Assembly (NCBI GenBank): GCA_015486055.1
Contig: WFSJ01000042.1
Location: 12,518-76,517, forward strand
Source: Acidobacteriota bacterium
GTDB lineage: Bacteria; Acidobacteriota; Aminicenantia; S016-38
Direction: 5' to 3'
Length of the DNA: 64,000 nucleotides
The translations under genes were made by a program, and so were the position numbers. Numbering within the stretch: the first letter of the stretch is position 1; each line of letters opens with the position of its first letter. The notes beneath the pieces are model-generated. The model saw only the letters and a program-made list of their open reading frames with translations. It was not told the origin of the DNA and searched no databases. Positions 20,723-29,814 of this stretch are shown here, piece by piece.

Positions 20723-20799
20723 TTTTCCCTCCTTTATACCTAAGTAAGAACTTTTTAATAATTATCATTTACCTCCACTTTCTATTTTCCTCTATAAAT

Positions 20800-20842
20800 T
20801 ATAGCCATTACTACATTACAAACAAAAAACATGAAATGTCAA
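20800..20842 (-). promoter_or_regulatory. sigma70 promoter plus putative autoregulatory DtxR-family operator
   Basis: TTGACA-16-TGTAAT. TATAGCCATTACTACA (20800-20815) matches the 17664 site and sits in the same position relative to the -10. Confidence 0.7.
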
Positions 20843-20874
20843 GTTAGGGGAAGGAAACGGACACATATACGCTG

Positions 20875-21711
20875 TTATCTACTATGCGATCTCTTGATCA
20901 CCATAATAAAAATACCCCCCAATATCATAAAAACACAAAGAGTCTGCCCCATAGTAAAAGGCCCTAATATAAATCCTAATTGGGGGTCGGGTTCTCTCAC
21001 AAATTCAATAAAAAACCGCACTAATCCATAGCCAACAAGATAAAAAGAAAAGAGAAAACCATCAAAATATTTCTTTTTCCTTAAACTCCAAAGAATTATA
21101 AAAAGAAATATTCCCTCAAAAAAGGCCTCATAAAGTTGAGATGGATGTCGTAATTTATGCGCTGGGTCTAAAGGAAAATACATTCCCCAAGCCATACTGG
21201 TAACTCGACCATAAAGTTCTCCATTTATGAAATTACCTATTCTGCCAAATGTATATCCCAAAGGAATTGCAGGACAAAAAAGATCAGCAAAACGCCAAAA
21301 ATTTATTCTATATTTACGACAAAAGAAAATAGAAATCAAGATGACTCCGATAACTCCCCCATGATAAGACATTCCAGAAATGCCAATATAATGGAATCCA
21401 TTTGAGAAATCAAAAGGACATATTATCTTTAATGGATTAGCTATAAAAAATTTTAAATCATAGAATAATACATATCCTAACCTTCCGCCAATTATAGCTC
21501 CTAAAATAGCCCATACAAAATAATTTTGTATATTCTCTTTAGAATATTCATAATCATCGTTATTTAATCTATATAGAACAAGTAAATATATAATAGCAAA
21601 GGCGACAATATACATTAGGCCATAATAACGTAATTGAAATGAACCAATCTTGATAATATCAGGATTAAGATGTTCAGGTATATGGTTCCACCAGTTCAAA
21701 AATTCTTCCAC
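20875..21711 (-). CDS. lgt: Second prolipoprotein diacylglyceryl transferase (AT-rich)
   Basis: RYYGLMY, GGRLGYVLFY, GMSYHGG, GRIGNFINGELYGR, RHPSQLYEA and EFVREPD. Confidence 0.95.
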   Translation of the reverse strand: MEEFLNWWNHIPEHLNPDIIKIGSFQLRYYGLMYIVAFAIIYLLVLYRLNNDDYEYSKENIQNYFVWAILGAIIGGRLGYVLFYDLKFFIANPLKIICPFDFSNGFHYIGISGMSYHGGVIGVILISIFFCRKYRINFWRFADLFCPAIPLGYTFGRIGNFINGELYGRVTSMAWGMYFPLDPAHKLRHPSQLYEAFFEGIFLFIILWSLRKKKYFDGFLFSFYLVGYGLVRFFIEFVREPDPQLGFILGPFTMGQTLCVFMILGGIFIMVIKRSHSR

Positions 21712-22031
21712 CTTTTATGTCTCCACTCAACATCATTCAATTGTGCACAATAAGTTCTCATGAAGTCCGTTGACCTTCTTAAGCAATTCAAATTAAGTTA
21801 CATGCGTTAACGTCCTTAAATTAGAAAGAATTATATCGCATAATTTCTGGAATCGCCTCACAAAAAATCCATACTAAATTGCTCAAAGCCAATTATAGAA
21901 AGAAAACGCTAAAATCCTTGTTTTTTATTCTTTGCCTAATGTGAGCCAGCATTCCTCGTGTGGATTCCCCATAAGAAAATCCCCACAAAACAGTTTACTT
22001 CCATGTGCATTGAACAAAACTGTTCGGTCTG

Positions 22032-22793
22032 CTAACGCGTATAGCGAAAACTCCACCAACCGCTCTTAGGGCCTTTCTGCCCGCCTGTACCTACAGCCCA
22101 GACTCTCCAGCGACCTGGCTGTGCACCTATAAACTCAAAAGTGTAACTTGTTGTAGTAAGATTGCGGACCAATTTCCATGTTCTGCCAACATCAGCGCAC
22201 CATCTATTGGTTTGACAGCAGTGGAAACAATCTATCTGCACCGTGTAACTAACGGCTCCTGGCACAGGCTTCCATCTCAATGTGGTTCTCCGTGGATAGT
22301 GGTTGAAAACAGTCCCATTTGGAGGAAAAATTTGCCTTGGAACGGAAAGTCCAGCAATCCAAGGCATCAGAGCCCGCGTGAAAGTGTAATCAGCTTCGTA
22401 ATTAGTGCGTCCACTACGGTCAGTAAAGCGCGTGAACACCTTAACTTGCAAGTGGCCTCTCACCAGGCGAATGATCATCAGTTTTTGACCAGAATTTGTG
22501 CCAAATACTGCTGAAAGAACCTTGACATTGGAAATCAAGTTAGACGACACACTTGAAGCGTATGCATAAGCATTTGTCCAACCCAAATCGCAATCAGTAG
22601 GTTGACATTTTCCCCAGCCTCTGATTCTCACATTAGCCCCTCTCACCTGAATATTCAGAGCAGTAATCCCCCTGGTGTTGGGATTGATGTTCTTCCAGTT
22701 TCCTGCAAACTGATTAAGGCCAGCTAAAACAGGGACAGCAGCCAGGGCCAATGCCGAAACACTAAACAGTAAAACTGAAGTTCCTTTTCTCAT
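22032..22793 (-). CDS. Secreted beta-rich hypothetical protein with fibronectin-III-like C-terminus
   Basis: Signal peptide ending VLA. LRWKPVPGAVSYTVQI and WRVWAV...S.W look Fn3-like. SD AGGAGG before ATG 22793. Confidence 0.65.
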   Translation of the reverse strand: MRKGTSVLLFSVSALALAAVPVLAGLNQFAGNWKNINPNTRGITALNIQVRGANVRIRGWGKCQPTDCDLGWTNAYAYASSVSSNLISNVKVLSAVFGTNSGQKLMIIRLVRGHLQVKVFTRFTDRSGRTNYEADYTFTRALMPWIAGLSVPRQIFPPNGTVFNHYPRRTTLRWKPVPGAVSYTVQIDCFHCCQTNRWCADVGRTWKLVRNLTTTSYTFEFIGAQPGRWRVWAVGTGGQKGPKSGWWSFRYTR

Positions 22794-22872
22794 ACAATTC
22801 ACCTCCTATTTAAGAAATATACAACAAAATTTTTGTTCTCCCTGGATTGGGAAGTAAAGGAGCGGGATGTGC

Positions 22873-23982
22873 TTAGAGCCGGGTTTTCTTATCTTTCCCT
22901 CCCCTTACCATTTTTTCTATCTTTTCGTATATTTCCCTTACCCTTTTCTGAAAGTTTTCCCAGGAGTATTCTTCAAGAAAGAGCTGCCTGGCAGCATTTC
23001 CCAATTTTAACCTGAGCTCTGAATCCACCGAGAGTTTTTCCATCGATTCTGCCCAGGCTCTCTCGTCAAGGGGAAGTAGCACAGCCACCTCACTGTTCAG
23101 GACCTGGGTGTGGGATTCTATTTTAGATGCAATTATTGGTTTCCCAGCCGCAAGATAAGAGTAAATCTTCATCGGTGTATTTACTCCAACAAGTCTTGGA
23201 GAAAGAAGCACATCCGCTGCCTTGAGGTATACATTCACCTCCTCAGGCTGAACAGGTGGATAAACTTTTATTGAAGGTTCATCAATCTTCATTTTTCCCC
23301 CGACAAGTGCAAGGAGAAAATTTCCCTTTTTAGCAATTTTAAAAGCCCTTATTAAAAACTCAATGCCTTGATATGATGAAAAATTTCCTGCATAGAGAAA
23401 GACGAATTTCCCTTCCCATCCGAGTTTTTCCTTGAGTCCTTCTTCTTCAGGAAATTCATGGAAATACGGAGTGTCTGGAAGAAGAAATACATTTCTATTG
23501 AATTTTTCTGCGTATTGAGCAAGGGAAGGACTCACTGCAATTACTGCAATGGCTTGCTTAAGGGCTTTTTTCTCAAGGATTTTCGCAGCTTTCGCCATGA
23601 GCCCCTCAAGCTGGGATGAAAGTATTGAGTCCATATCGTAAACATAAGGTATCCCGAAGAGTTTCTTTACAAAAAGAGCTGTAAAATTCGCCTCCTCTAC
23701 TCCATGTATAAGGTCAAACTTCCTTGCAACTCTGACAGTTTCATCAAACATTGAAAGGTCGTAGAAAAACTTCGTAAAAGAAAATCCTGGAGGAGGTGTC
23801 CTTGTAAAGGGGATCCTATCAAGTCTCTGTATCTCAAATGGAATTTCTATATCATCACCAAGAGCAAAGGTGAGAAGTTTTCCCTCAATCTGTCCTTCAA
23901 GGGCTTTAAGCAGGTTTGCAACGGCGATAGGTGTTCCCCTCGGGATAAAGAAAGGCTGGGGGGAAAGGAAAAGAACCTTCAA
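22873..23982 (-). CDS. Glycosyltransferase family 4
   Basis: YAGNFSSYQGIEFL and PMKIYSYLAAGKPIIAS GT-B motifs. Confidence 0.88.
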   Translation of the reverse strand: MKVLFLSPQPFFIPRGTPIAVANLLKALEGQIEGKLLTFALGDDIEIPFEIQRLDRIPFTRTPPPGFSFTKFFYDLSMFDETVRVARKFDLIHGVEEANFTALFVKKLFGIPYVYDMDSILSSQLEGLMAKAAKILEKKALKQAIAVIAVSPSLAQYAEKFNRNVFLLPDTPYFHEFPEEEGLKEKLGWEGKFVFLYAGNFSSYQGIEFLIRAFKIAKKGNFLLALVGGKMKIDEPSIKVYPPVQPEEVNVYLKAADVLLSPRLVGVNTPMKIYSYLAAGKPIIASKIESHTQVLNSEVAVLLPLDERAWAESMEKLSVDSELRLKLGNAARQLFLEEYSWENFQKRVREIYEKIEKMVRGGKDKKTRL

Positions 23983-24818
23983 AAACTTCTCCTTATGATT
24001 CCCAACGCTCTTTTAAGTCCAAGCCCATCAACAAGCTCTTTACCTCGTTTTCCCATTGTTTCTCTCCTGTAAGGGTCAAAATATAGATCCTTCAGCATGC
24101 CTTCCTTATACATAAGCCCTGCCCCTTCATTTACAAATTCCCTACTAATAGGGTCTTCTCTCAAATAAACTGCTGGCGTCCCCACGGTTGCAGCCTCGTA
24201 CGGTCTTACCCTACCTGAGATAAGGGCCATATCTGCTTCCCAGAATGCCCTTGCAAGGTCGTTCACAGTCCCAAGAACTCTCAGTCTTCTGTGCCTTTTC
24301 CTCAGCTCTGAAAGTAAATTCTTTGGAAATTCAAAGTGGGGGGCAAAAATCGGGAAAAGGCCTTCCTGCTCTACTCTCTCAATGGCTTCCTCCACTTCCT
24401 CCATATTTGATAGACTTGAAGGTGCAACCAGAACTTTCTTGCCCTTGTTCCTATATTTCTTCTCAAGAAGGTGAAAATGCCTGAACCTTGGATAAATTAT
24501 CTGATTCTTCCCATTTTCTCTGAGCGGCAGCATTTTTATTCCTTCCTCCCCTTCTAAATCTATGAAAATTGAGTCTTCAGGACAGTTTTCCGGCCTTTCA
24601 GAAACATCAAAGACGAAAAGCTCAGCGGCAGGGTATTTTCCCTCAAAGAAAGAAAATGGAAAACCAGAATCTATAAGAAAGGCGGTTGTTTTCCCTCTGC
24701 AAAGGGTAAGGAATGAAACCTGATAGGTTCTCCTCAAAGAAGAGGCAAGGAGAAGAGCCCTTTTTAGCCTGCCATAGTTTCCCCTTCCTCCCCAGGAAAT
24801 AAAATTTATTCTGTTCAC
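23979..24818 (-). CDS. PseG/SpsG-like GT-B fold protein (degenerate)
   Basis: GNYGRLKRALLLA N-terminus, ADMALISG..YEAATVGTP and LVDGLGLKR C-terminus. Confidence 0.55.
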   Translation of the reverse strand: MNRINFISWGGRGNYGRLKRALLLASSLRRTYQVSFLTLCRGKTTAFLIDSGFPFSFFEGKYPAAELFVFDVSERPENCPEDSIFIDLEGEEGIKMLPLRENGKNQIIYPRFRHFHLLEKKYRNKGKKVLVAPSSLSNMEEVEEAIERVEQEGLFPIFAPHFEFPKNLLSELRKRHRRLRVLGTVNDLARAFWEADMALISGRVRPYEAATVGTPAVYLREDPISREFVNEGAGLMYKEGMLKDLYFDPYRRETMGKRGKELVDGLGLKRALGIIRRSF

Positions 24819-24825
24819 CTTTTTT

Positions 24826-24835
24826 AGTTTATAAT
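24826..24835. promoter_or_regulatory. Overlapping divergent -10 elements (putative bidirectional leaderless promoter)
   Basis: Plus-strand TATAAT at 24830-24835 lies 6 nt before the glgP ATG. Minus-strand TAAACT at 24831-24826 lies 7 nt before GTG 24818. Confidence 0.6.
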
Positions 24836-24841
24836 CTTTTT

Positions 24842-27385
24842 ATGCGAATATTCAATGTTACTCCCTCAATTCCACCCGCTCTTAAACCAATTGAAGAGCT
24901 CGCATACAATCTCTGGCATGTTTGGAATTATGAAGCAGAGGCGCTCTTCTCAAGGATTGATCCTGACCTTTGGAAGGAGGTTGATCACAACCCTGTTGCC
25001 CTTTTGAGAAAAGTTTCCCAAGAAAGAATAAATGAACTAAAAAAAGATGACGGTTTCATGTCCCATATGGAGAGGGTTTACAAGGACTTCAGAAGATATA
25101 TTGAAGAAAAAAAGAGAATCTCTATTGACGGAAGAGAGGTAAATTTTACGGTGGCATATTTCTCTATGGAATATGGAATAGCTGAATCTCTCCCTATATA
25201 TTCAGGAGGACTCGGAATTCTTGCAGGGGATTACTTCAAATCATCCAGCGACCTCAACCTTCCTGTTGTCGGCATAGGTTTGATGTATCAGAAGGATTAT
25301 TTCAGACAATATCTAAACCCGGATGGATGGCAGCAGGAAAACATAGTCACCCTGAATGTTCACTCAATGCCAATGAAACTTCTTAGAAATGGAGAAAAGC
25401 CTTTGGAAGTTCTTGCTGAACTGGGCGATAAGGAAGTAAAGATTCATGCATGGGAAGTTTCAGTAGGAAGGTTAAAACTTTATCTTTTAGATACAGTCCT
25501 AAAAGAAAACTCGCCAGATGATAGAGAGATAACCTCACAACTATATGTTGGGGATAGAGCAACAAGGTTAAAACAGGAGATGGTCCTTTCCCAAGGTGGA
25601 TTGAAACTTCTGGAAAAATTAGGAATAGAACCAAGGGTCTATCACTTAAACGAAGGACACTGTGCCCTTGTTTCCGTTGAAAGGATGAAAAGACTTATAA
25701 AGGAGCAAGGACTCAGTTTTGATGAAGCTCAGGAATTTGTCCGTTCAACAACTGCATTCACTACCCACACGCCTATACCTGCAGGTAATGAGATCTATGA
25801 TCCCGCACTCATATCAAAATATCTATCAAAGACTGCTAAGGACCTCGGCCTTGAAATGGACAGATTCCTCAGGCTTGGCAGGATAAATCCTGAAAATTCA
25901 AACGAGCCCTTCTGTTTTACAACCCTTGCCCTGAAGCTCTCCTATAACAACAACGGGGTAAGTCGCCTTCACGAGAAGACTGCAAAGAAGATGTGGAAGG
26001 ATATATGGAAGGGAACAGACGAAATGGAAATTCCTATAACTCATATTACAAATGGGGTCCATATTCCATCCTGGATTTCCTCCGAGCATTCAAAATTATA
26101 CGAGAGGTTCCTTGGCTCCCTGTGGAGTGAAGATCCTGACAACGAAAAAGTATGGGAAAGGGCAAGAAAAATTCCAGATGAGGAGCTGTGGAGAACGCAT
26201 CAGCTTGCTAAATCCAGACTCATTGAATTCATAAGGGAAAGACTTCACCATCAGCTAAAAAAAAGAGGCGCTCCAGAAAAAGAGGCAAAGGAAGCGTGGA
26301 ATGTTCTCTCCCCTGAGGCTCTCACAATAGGATTCGCAAGAAGGTTCGTTGCCTATAAAAGAGCATATCTGATTTTCTCTGACCCAGAAAGATTGGCAAA
26401 AATACTTAATGATCCTGAAAGACCCGTTCAAATAATATTTGCAGGAAAAGCTCATCCTATGGACCGCGACGCAAAAAACATAATAAAGCAAATAATCCAC
26501 TATACAAAACAGTCCCAATTTCGCTCCAGAATTGTATTCCTTGAGGATTACGACATAATAACTGCCAAATACATAATGAGTGGGGTTGACCTGTGGCTGA
26601 ATAACCCAAGGAGGCCGCTTGAAGCATGTGGAACAAGCGGAATGAAGATAGCGGCGAACGCAGGGATAAACTTAAGCGTTCTTGACGGATGGTGGGAGGA
26701 AGCATATGATCCTGAGATAGGATGGGTAATTGGCGCAGGAGAAGAATATCAAGACAGGGAATACCAGGACTATGTTGAGTCAAGAACAATTTATGACAGG
26801 CTGGAAAATGAGGTCGCGCCAATGTTCTACCAGAGGGATTCCCATGGAATACCAAGAGAATGGGTAGAAAAGATGAAAAATTCCCTTTCAAAAGTTTCAG
26901 TTTACTATAATTCCCACAGAATGGTTGAGGAATATCTGAGGAAATTCTACCTTGAGGCAGCAAAAAAATGGGAGGACCTCGGAATGTATGATTTCGGCCC
27001 TCTTAAAGACTATATAACCTGGTTAAGACAAATCATGTCTAAATGGGAAAATGTGGAAATTCTTGATTTTAAAATGCAACCATCTGCCAACATAAAAACA
27101 GGGGAAAAAATTATGATAACTTCAAAGATAAACACAGGGGGAATCGCGCCCCAGGAGCTTAAAGTTGAAGCCTGTTTTGGGCAGGTTGATTACCAGAATA
27201 GGCTCATTGAAAAGAAAAGCACAGAGCTTTCAGTGGAAAAGGAAGAGGGAAATGGAATTTCTACATTCAAAGGAGAGTTTATATGTCAGGAATCAGGTAG
27301 ATACGGGTTAAAAATAAGGGTTTTCCCTAAGCACGAATTTATGAAGAACCCTTATTATTACCAACTTTATAAGGAAAAGGAGTAA
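24842..27385 (+). CDS. glgP: Alpha-glucan (glycogen) phosphorylase
   Basis: YSGGLGILAGD, HLNEGH, FTTHTP, GFARRF, AGKAHP and EACGTSGMK (PLP lysine). Confidence 0.97.
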   Translation: MRIFNVTPSIPPALKPIEELAYNLWHVWNYEAEALFSRIDPDLWKEVDHNPVALLRKVSQERINELKKDDGFMSHMERVYKDFRRYIEEKKRISIDGREVNFTVAYFSMEYGIAESLPIYSGGLGILAGDYFKSSSDLNLPVVGIGLMYQKDYFRQYLNPDGWQQENIVTLNVHSMPMKLLRNGEKPLEVLAELGDKEVKIHAWEVSVGRLKLYLLDTVLKENSPDDREITSQLYVGDRATRLKQEMVLSQGGLKLLEKLGIEPRVYHLNEGHCALVSVERMKRLIKEQGLSFDEAQEFVRSTTAFTTHTPIPAGNEIYDPALISKYLSKTAKDLGLEMDRFLRLGRINPENSNEPFCFTTLALKLSYNNNGVSRLHEKTAKKMWKDIWKGTDEMEIPITHITNGVHIPSWISSEHSKLYERFLGSLWSEDPDNEKVWERARKIPDEELWRTHQLAKSRLIEFIRERLHHQLKKRGAPEKEAKEAWNVLSPEALTIGFARRFVAYKRAYLIFSDPERLAKILNDPERPVQIIFAGKAHPMDRDAKNIIKQIIHYTKQSQFRSRIVFLEDYDIITAKYIMSGVDLWLNNPRRPLEACGTSGMKIAANAGINLSVLDGWWEEAYDPEIGWVIGAGEEYQDREYQDYVESRTIYDRLENEVAPMFYQRDSHGIPREWVEKMKNSLSKVSVYYNSHRMVEEYLRKFYLEAAKKWEDLGMYDFGPLKDYITWLRQIMSKWENVEILDFKMQPSANIKTGEKIMITSKINTGGIAPQELKVEACFGQVDYQNRLIEKKSTELSVEKEEGNGISTFKGEFICQESGRYGLKIRVFPKHEFMKNPYYYQLYKEKE

Positions 27386-27388
27386 ACT

Positions 27389-28222
27389 ATGAAGATCGCA
27401 TTGGCTCAGATAGCCCCTTGCTTGGGAAAAATAGGGGAAAATTTTGAGAAGCATCGGGATTTTATATTGAGGGCAAAGGAGAGGGAAGCTTCCCTCGTCA
27501 TTTTCCCGGAACTTTCCCTCACCGGGTATGAACTCATGGATCTTGTTCCTGATGTGGCAATAAAAAGGGATTCTAAAGAGATGGAAAATCTGAAGAAACT
27601 TTCAAAGGAACTTCCATTTTTCGCTGGCTTTGTTCTTGAGGAAAATGACCTTTTCTACAATGTGTCTGGATTCTTTAAAGACGGCCAGCTCTCCCATATC
27701 CACAGAAAGGTGTTTTTGCCAAATTATTCCATGTTTGAGGAAAAGAGATTCTTCGCAGAGGGAAAGGGATTTAAGGCTTTTGATAGTGATTTTGGAAGGA
27801 TAGGCGTTCTCATATGCTACGATTACCTTCATCCTTCTTCTTCTTACCTTTATTTTCTTCAGAAAGCAGATATTATAATCGTGCAATCATCTTCCCCTAC
27901 CAGAGGAATAGAAAAGGATGGATTTTCCTCGGTTAAAATGTGGGATAATATGTCAAAGGTTGTCTCAAGGTTCTTTACAACCTATGTGGCTTATGTGAAT
28001 AGAGTCGGCTTTGATGGGGGAATGGGATTCGCAGGAGGTTCCCATGCCTATTCTCCTACGGGCGATAAACTTGTTCAGCTTGAAGAGTTTGAAGAGGGAT
28101 TGGGATTTTTTGAATATTCCAGGAAGGAAGTTAAAAGGGCGAGGGTGCTTTTCCCTGCATTCAGGGATGAAAGGGCTGAGCTAATATTTGAAGAACTCAG
28201 GAGGATTCTAAATGAGTATTAA
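27389..28222 (+). CDS. Carbon-nitrogen hydrolase, probable glutaminase subunit of NAD synthetase
   Basis: Glu-Lys-Cys triad (FPEL, RKVFLPNY, ICYD). Overlaps nadE. Confidence 0.85.
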   Translation: MKIALAQIAPCLGKIGENFEKHRDFILRAKEREASLVIFPELSLTGYELMDLVPDVAIKRDSKEMENLKKLSKELPFFAGFVLEENDLFYNVSGFFKDGQLSHIHRKVFLPNYSMFEEKRFFAEGKGFKAFDSDFGRIGVLICYDYLHPSSSYLYFLQKADIIIVQSSSPTRGIEKDGFSSVKMWDNMSKVVSRFFTTYVAYVNRVGFDGGMGFAGGSHAYSPTGDKLVQLEEFEEGLGFFEYSRKEVKRARVLFPAFRDERAELIFEELRRILNEY

Positions 28223-29021
28223 TCCTGAAAAGACCGAAAAAATTATAAGGAATTTTCTCACAAAAGAGCTTTCAAGGATAGGATATAGGAAAGGGGTTGT
28301 CGGACTTTCAGGAGGGCTCGACTCTGCAACAGTTCTCTTTCTACTCACAAGGTCAATAGGACCTGAAAACTCCATTGCTGTCATAATGCCTCACAAAGTG
28401 ACCTCCAAGGAATCCGTTGAAGATGCAAAGGAAATAGTGAAACTTCTCGGAGTAAAGCATCATCTCATAGACATAACCCCTATGGTTGAGGCATATTTTG
28501 AAATTATGCCAACTGAGAATGAGACGCTGCGCGGCAACAAAATGGCAAGGGAAAGGATGAGCATACTCTACGATATTTCAGCGAGGGAAGGAGCTCTTGT
28601 GATTGGAACCAGCAATAAAAGCGAGCTTCTCCTTGGCTACGGCACCATTTTTGGAGATATGGCCTCCGCAATAAATCCAATCGGCGACCTTTACAAAACT
28701 CAGGTGAGAGAGCTCGCAAGATACCTTGGGGTGCCAAAGAAAATATTAAAAAAGTCCCCAAGTGCAGAATTATGGGTGGGACAGACAGATGAAGGAGAGT
28801 TAGGCATAAAATACGAAGAAGCTGATAAAATTATGCACGAATTAGTAGATGAAAAAAGACCAGAAAGCGAAGTAAGGGAAAAATACGGCAAGGAAAAGGT
28901 AAACAGGATAATTGACAAAATCTACAAAAATCACTTCAAGAGATTGCCCCCCCAGATTTTGAAGCTTTCAAAGAGAACGGTGGGAAGAGATTTTCTTTAC
29001 AGCAGAGATGTCCTTACCTAA
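28212..29021 (+). CDS. nadE: NAD+ synthetase (synthetase domain only)
   Basis: GLSGGLDS, GNKMARERM, GTSNKSE, DLYKTQV and PSAELWVGQTDE. Confidence 0.95.
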   Translation: MSINPEKTEKIIRNFLTKELSRIGYRKGVVGLSGGLDSATVLFLLTRSIGPENSIAVIMPHKVTSKESVEDAKEIVKLLGVKHHLIDITPMVEAYFEIMPTENETLRGNKMARERMSILYDISAREGALVIGTSNKSELLLGYGTIFGDMASAINPIGDLYKTQVRELARYLGVPKKILKKSPSAELWVGQTDEGELGIKYEEADKIMHELVDEKRPESEVREKYGKEKVNRIIDKIYKNHFKRLPPQILKLSKRTVGRDFLYSRDVLT

Positions 29022-29772
29022 AGGGAGACTATTTATAGTTTCAACTCCCATAGGAAACCTTGAGGATGTAACATTAAGGGCACTGAGAGTTCTCAGGGAG
29101 GTCGATTTTATAGCCTGCGAGGACACGAGAAGGGCATTGAAACTCTTAAATCACTATGGGATTAAAAAAAACCTTTTTAGCTACTTTTCCCCAAAGGAAA
29201 CGGAAAAATCCGAGGCGGTAATAAAGAGGCTGAAAAAAGGAAAAAGCGGCGCCCTTATATCAGATGCAGGAACTCCATTAATAAGCGATCCGGGGGATTA
29301 TTTGCTAAAAAGGTGCATTGATGAAGAAATAAAAATAGAAATTATCCCTGGTCCCTCTTCCCTTACAGCCGCTATTTCTCTCTCAGCTCTCCCAAAAAAG
29401 GAAATCCATTTCCTCGGTTTTCCTAAAAGAAAGGGCATGGAAAATTACCTTAAATCGTTGGCACTTCTCAATGGAACTCTCGTATTTTTTGAACGGGCAG
29501 AGAGAGTGAGAAATTTCCTTTCTCAAGCCTACAAGATCTTCGGAGAAAGGGAAGCTGAGATACACAGGGAGCTCACAAAGATTCATGAAGAAACAATAAG
29601 GGGAAAACTCTCGGCACTCCAAAACTGGAAGGGTAAAGGGGAAATAGTGATAATAATAGAGGGGTGCAGGAACAGGAAAGAACTTTTTGATAAATACGGA
29701 TTAGAGGAGTTTCTTTCTTCCTTAGGGATAAAGAAAAAAAATATCAAAAAACTCTTGACAAAGATAGACTAA
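29008..29772 (+). CDS. rsmI: 16S rRNA C1402 2'-O-methyltransferase
   Basis: TPIGNLED, ACEDTR, SDAGTPLISDPG and RELTKIHEE. Confidence 0.95.
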   Translation: MSLPKGRLFIVSTPIGNLEDVTLRALRVLREVDFIACEDTRRALKLLNHYGIKKNLFSYFSPKETEKSEAVIKRLKKGKSGALISDAGTPLISDPGDYLLKRCIDEEIKIEIIPGPSSLTAAISLSALPKKEIHFLGFPKRKGMENYLKSLALLNGTLVFFERAERVRNFLSQAYKIFGEREAEIHRELTKIHEETIRGKLSALQNWKGKGEIVIIIEGCRNRKELFDKYGLEEFLSSLGIKKKNIKKLLTKID

Positions 29773-29797
29773 AGTTATATTATAACAATAGACTAAA
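29754..29797 (+). promoter_or_regulatory. hsp20 promoter overlapped by a HAIR-like (HspR-type) operator
   Basis: TTGACA-17-TATTAT. CTTGACA-N7-ACTAAAG (29754-29774) compared with HAIR CTTGAGT-N7-ACTCAAG. ATAGACTAAA occurs twice. Confidence 0.6.
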
Positions 29798-29814
29798 AAA
29801 TAAGGAGGTGAACC

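Noticed and set aside
20845-22035. Integron cassette/attC sites around the AT-rich lgt (TAACAGCGTATATG after its stop)
   Set aside because: I could not find a matching RYYYAAC...GTTRRRY pair with a foldable stem, and there is no integrase in the window. IntegronFinder would settle it.
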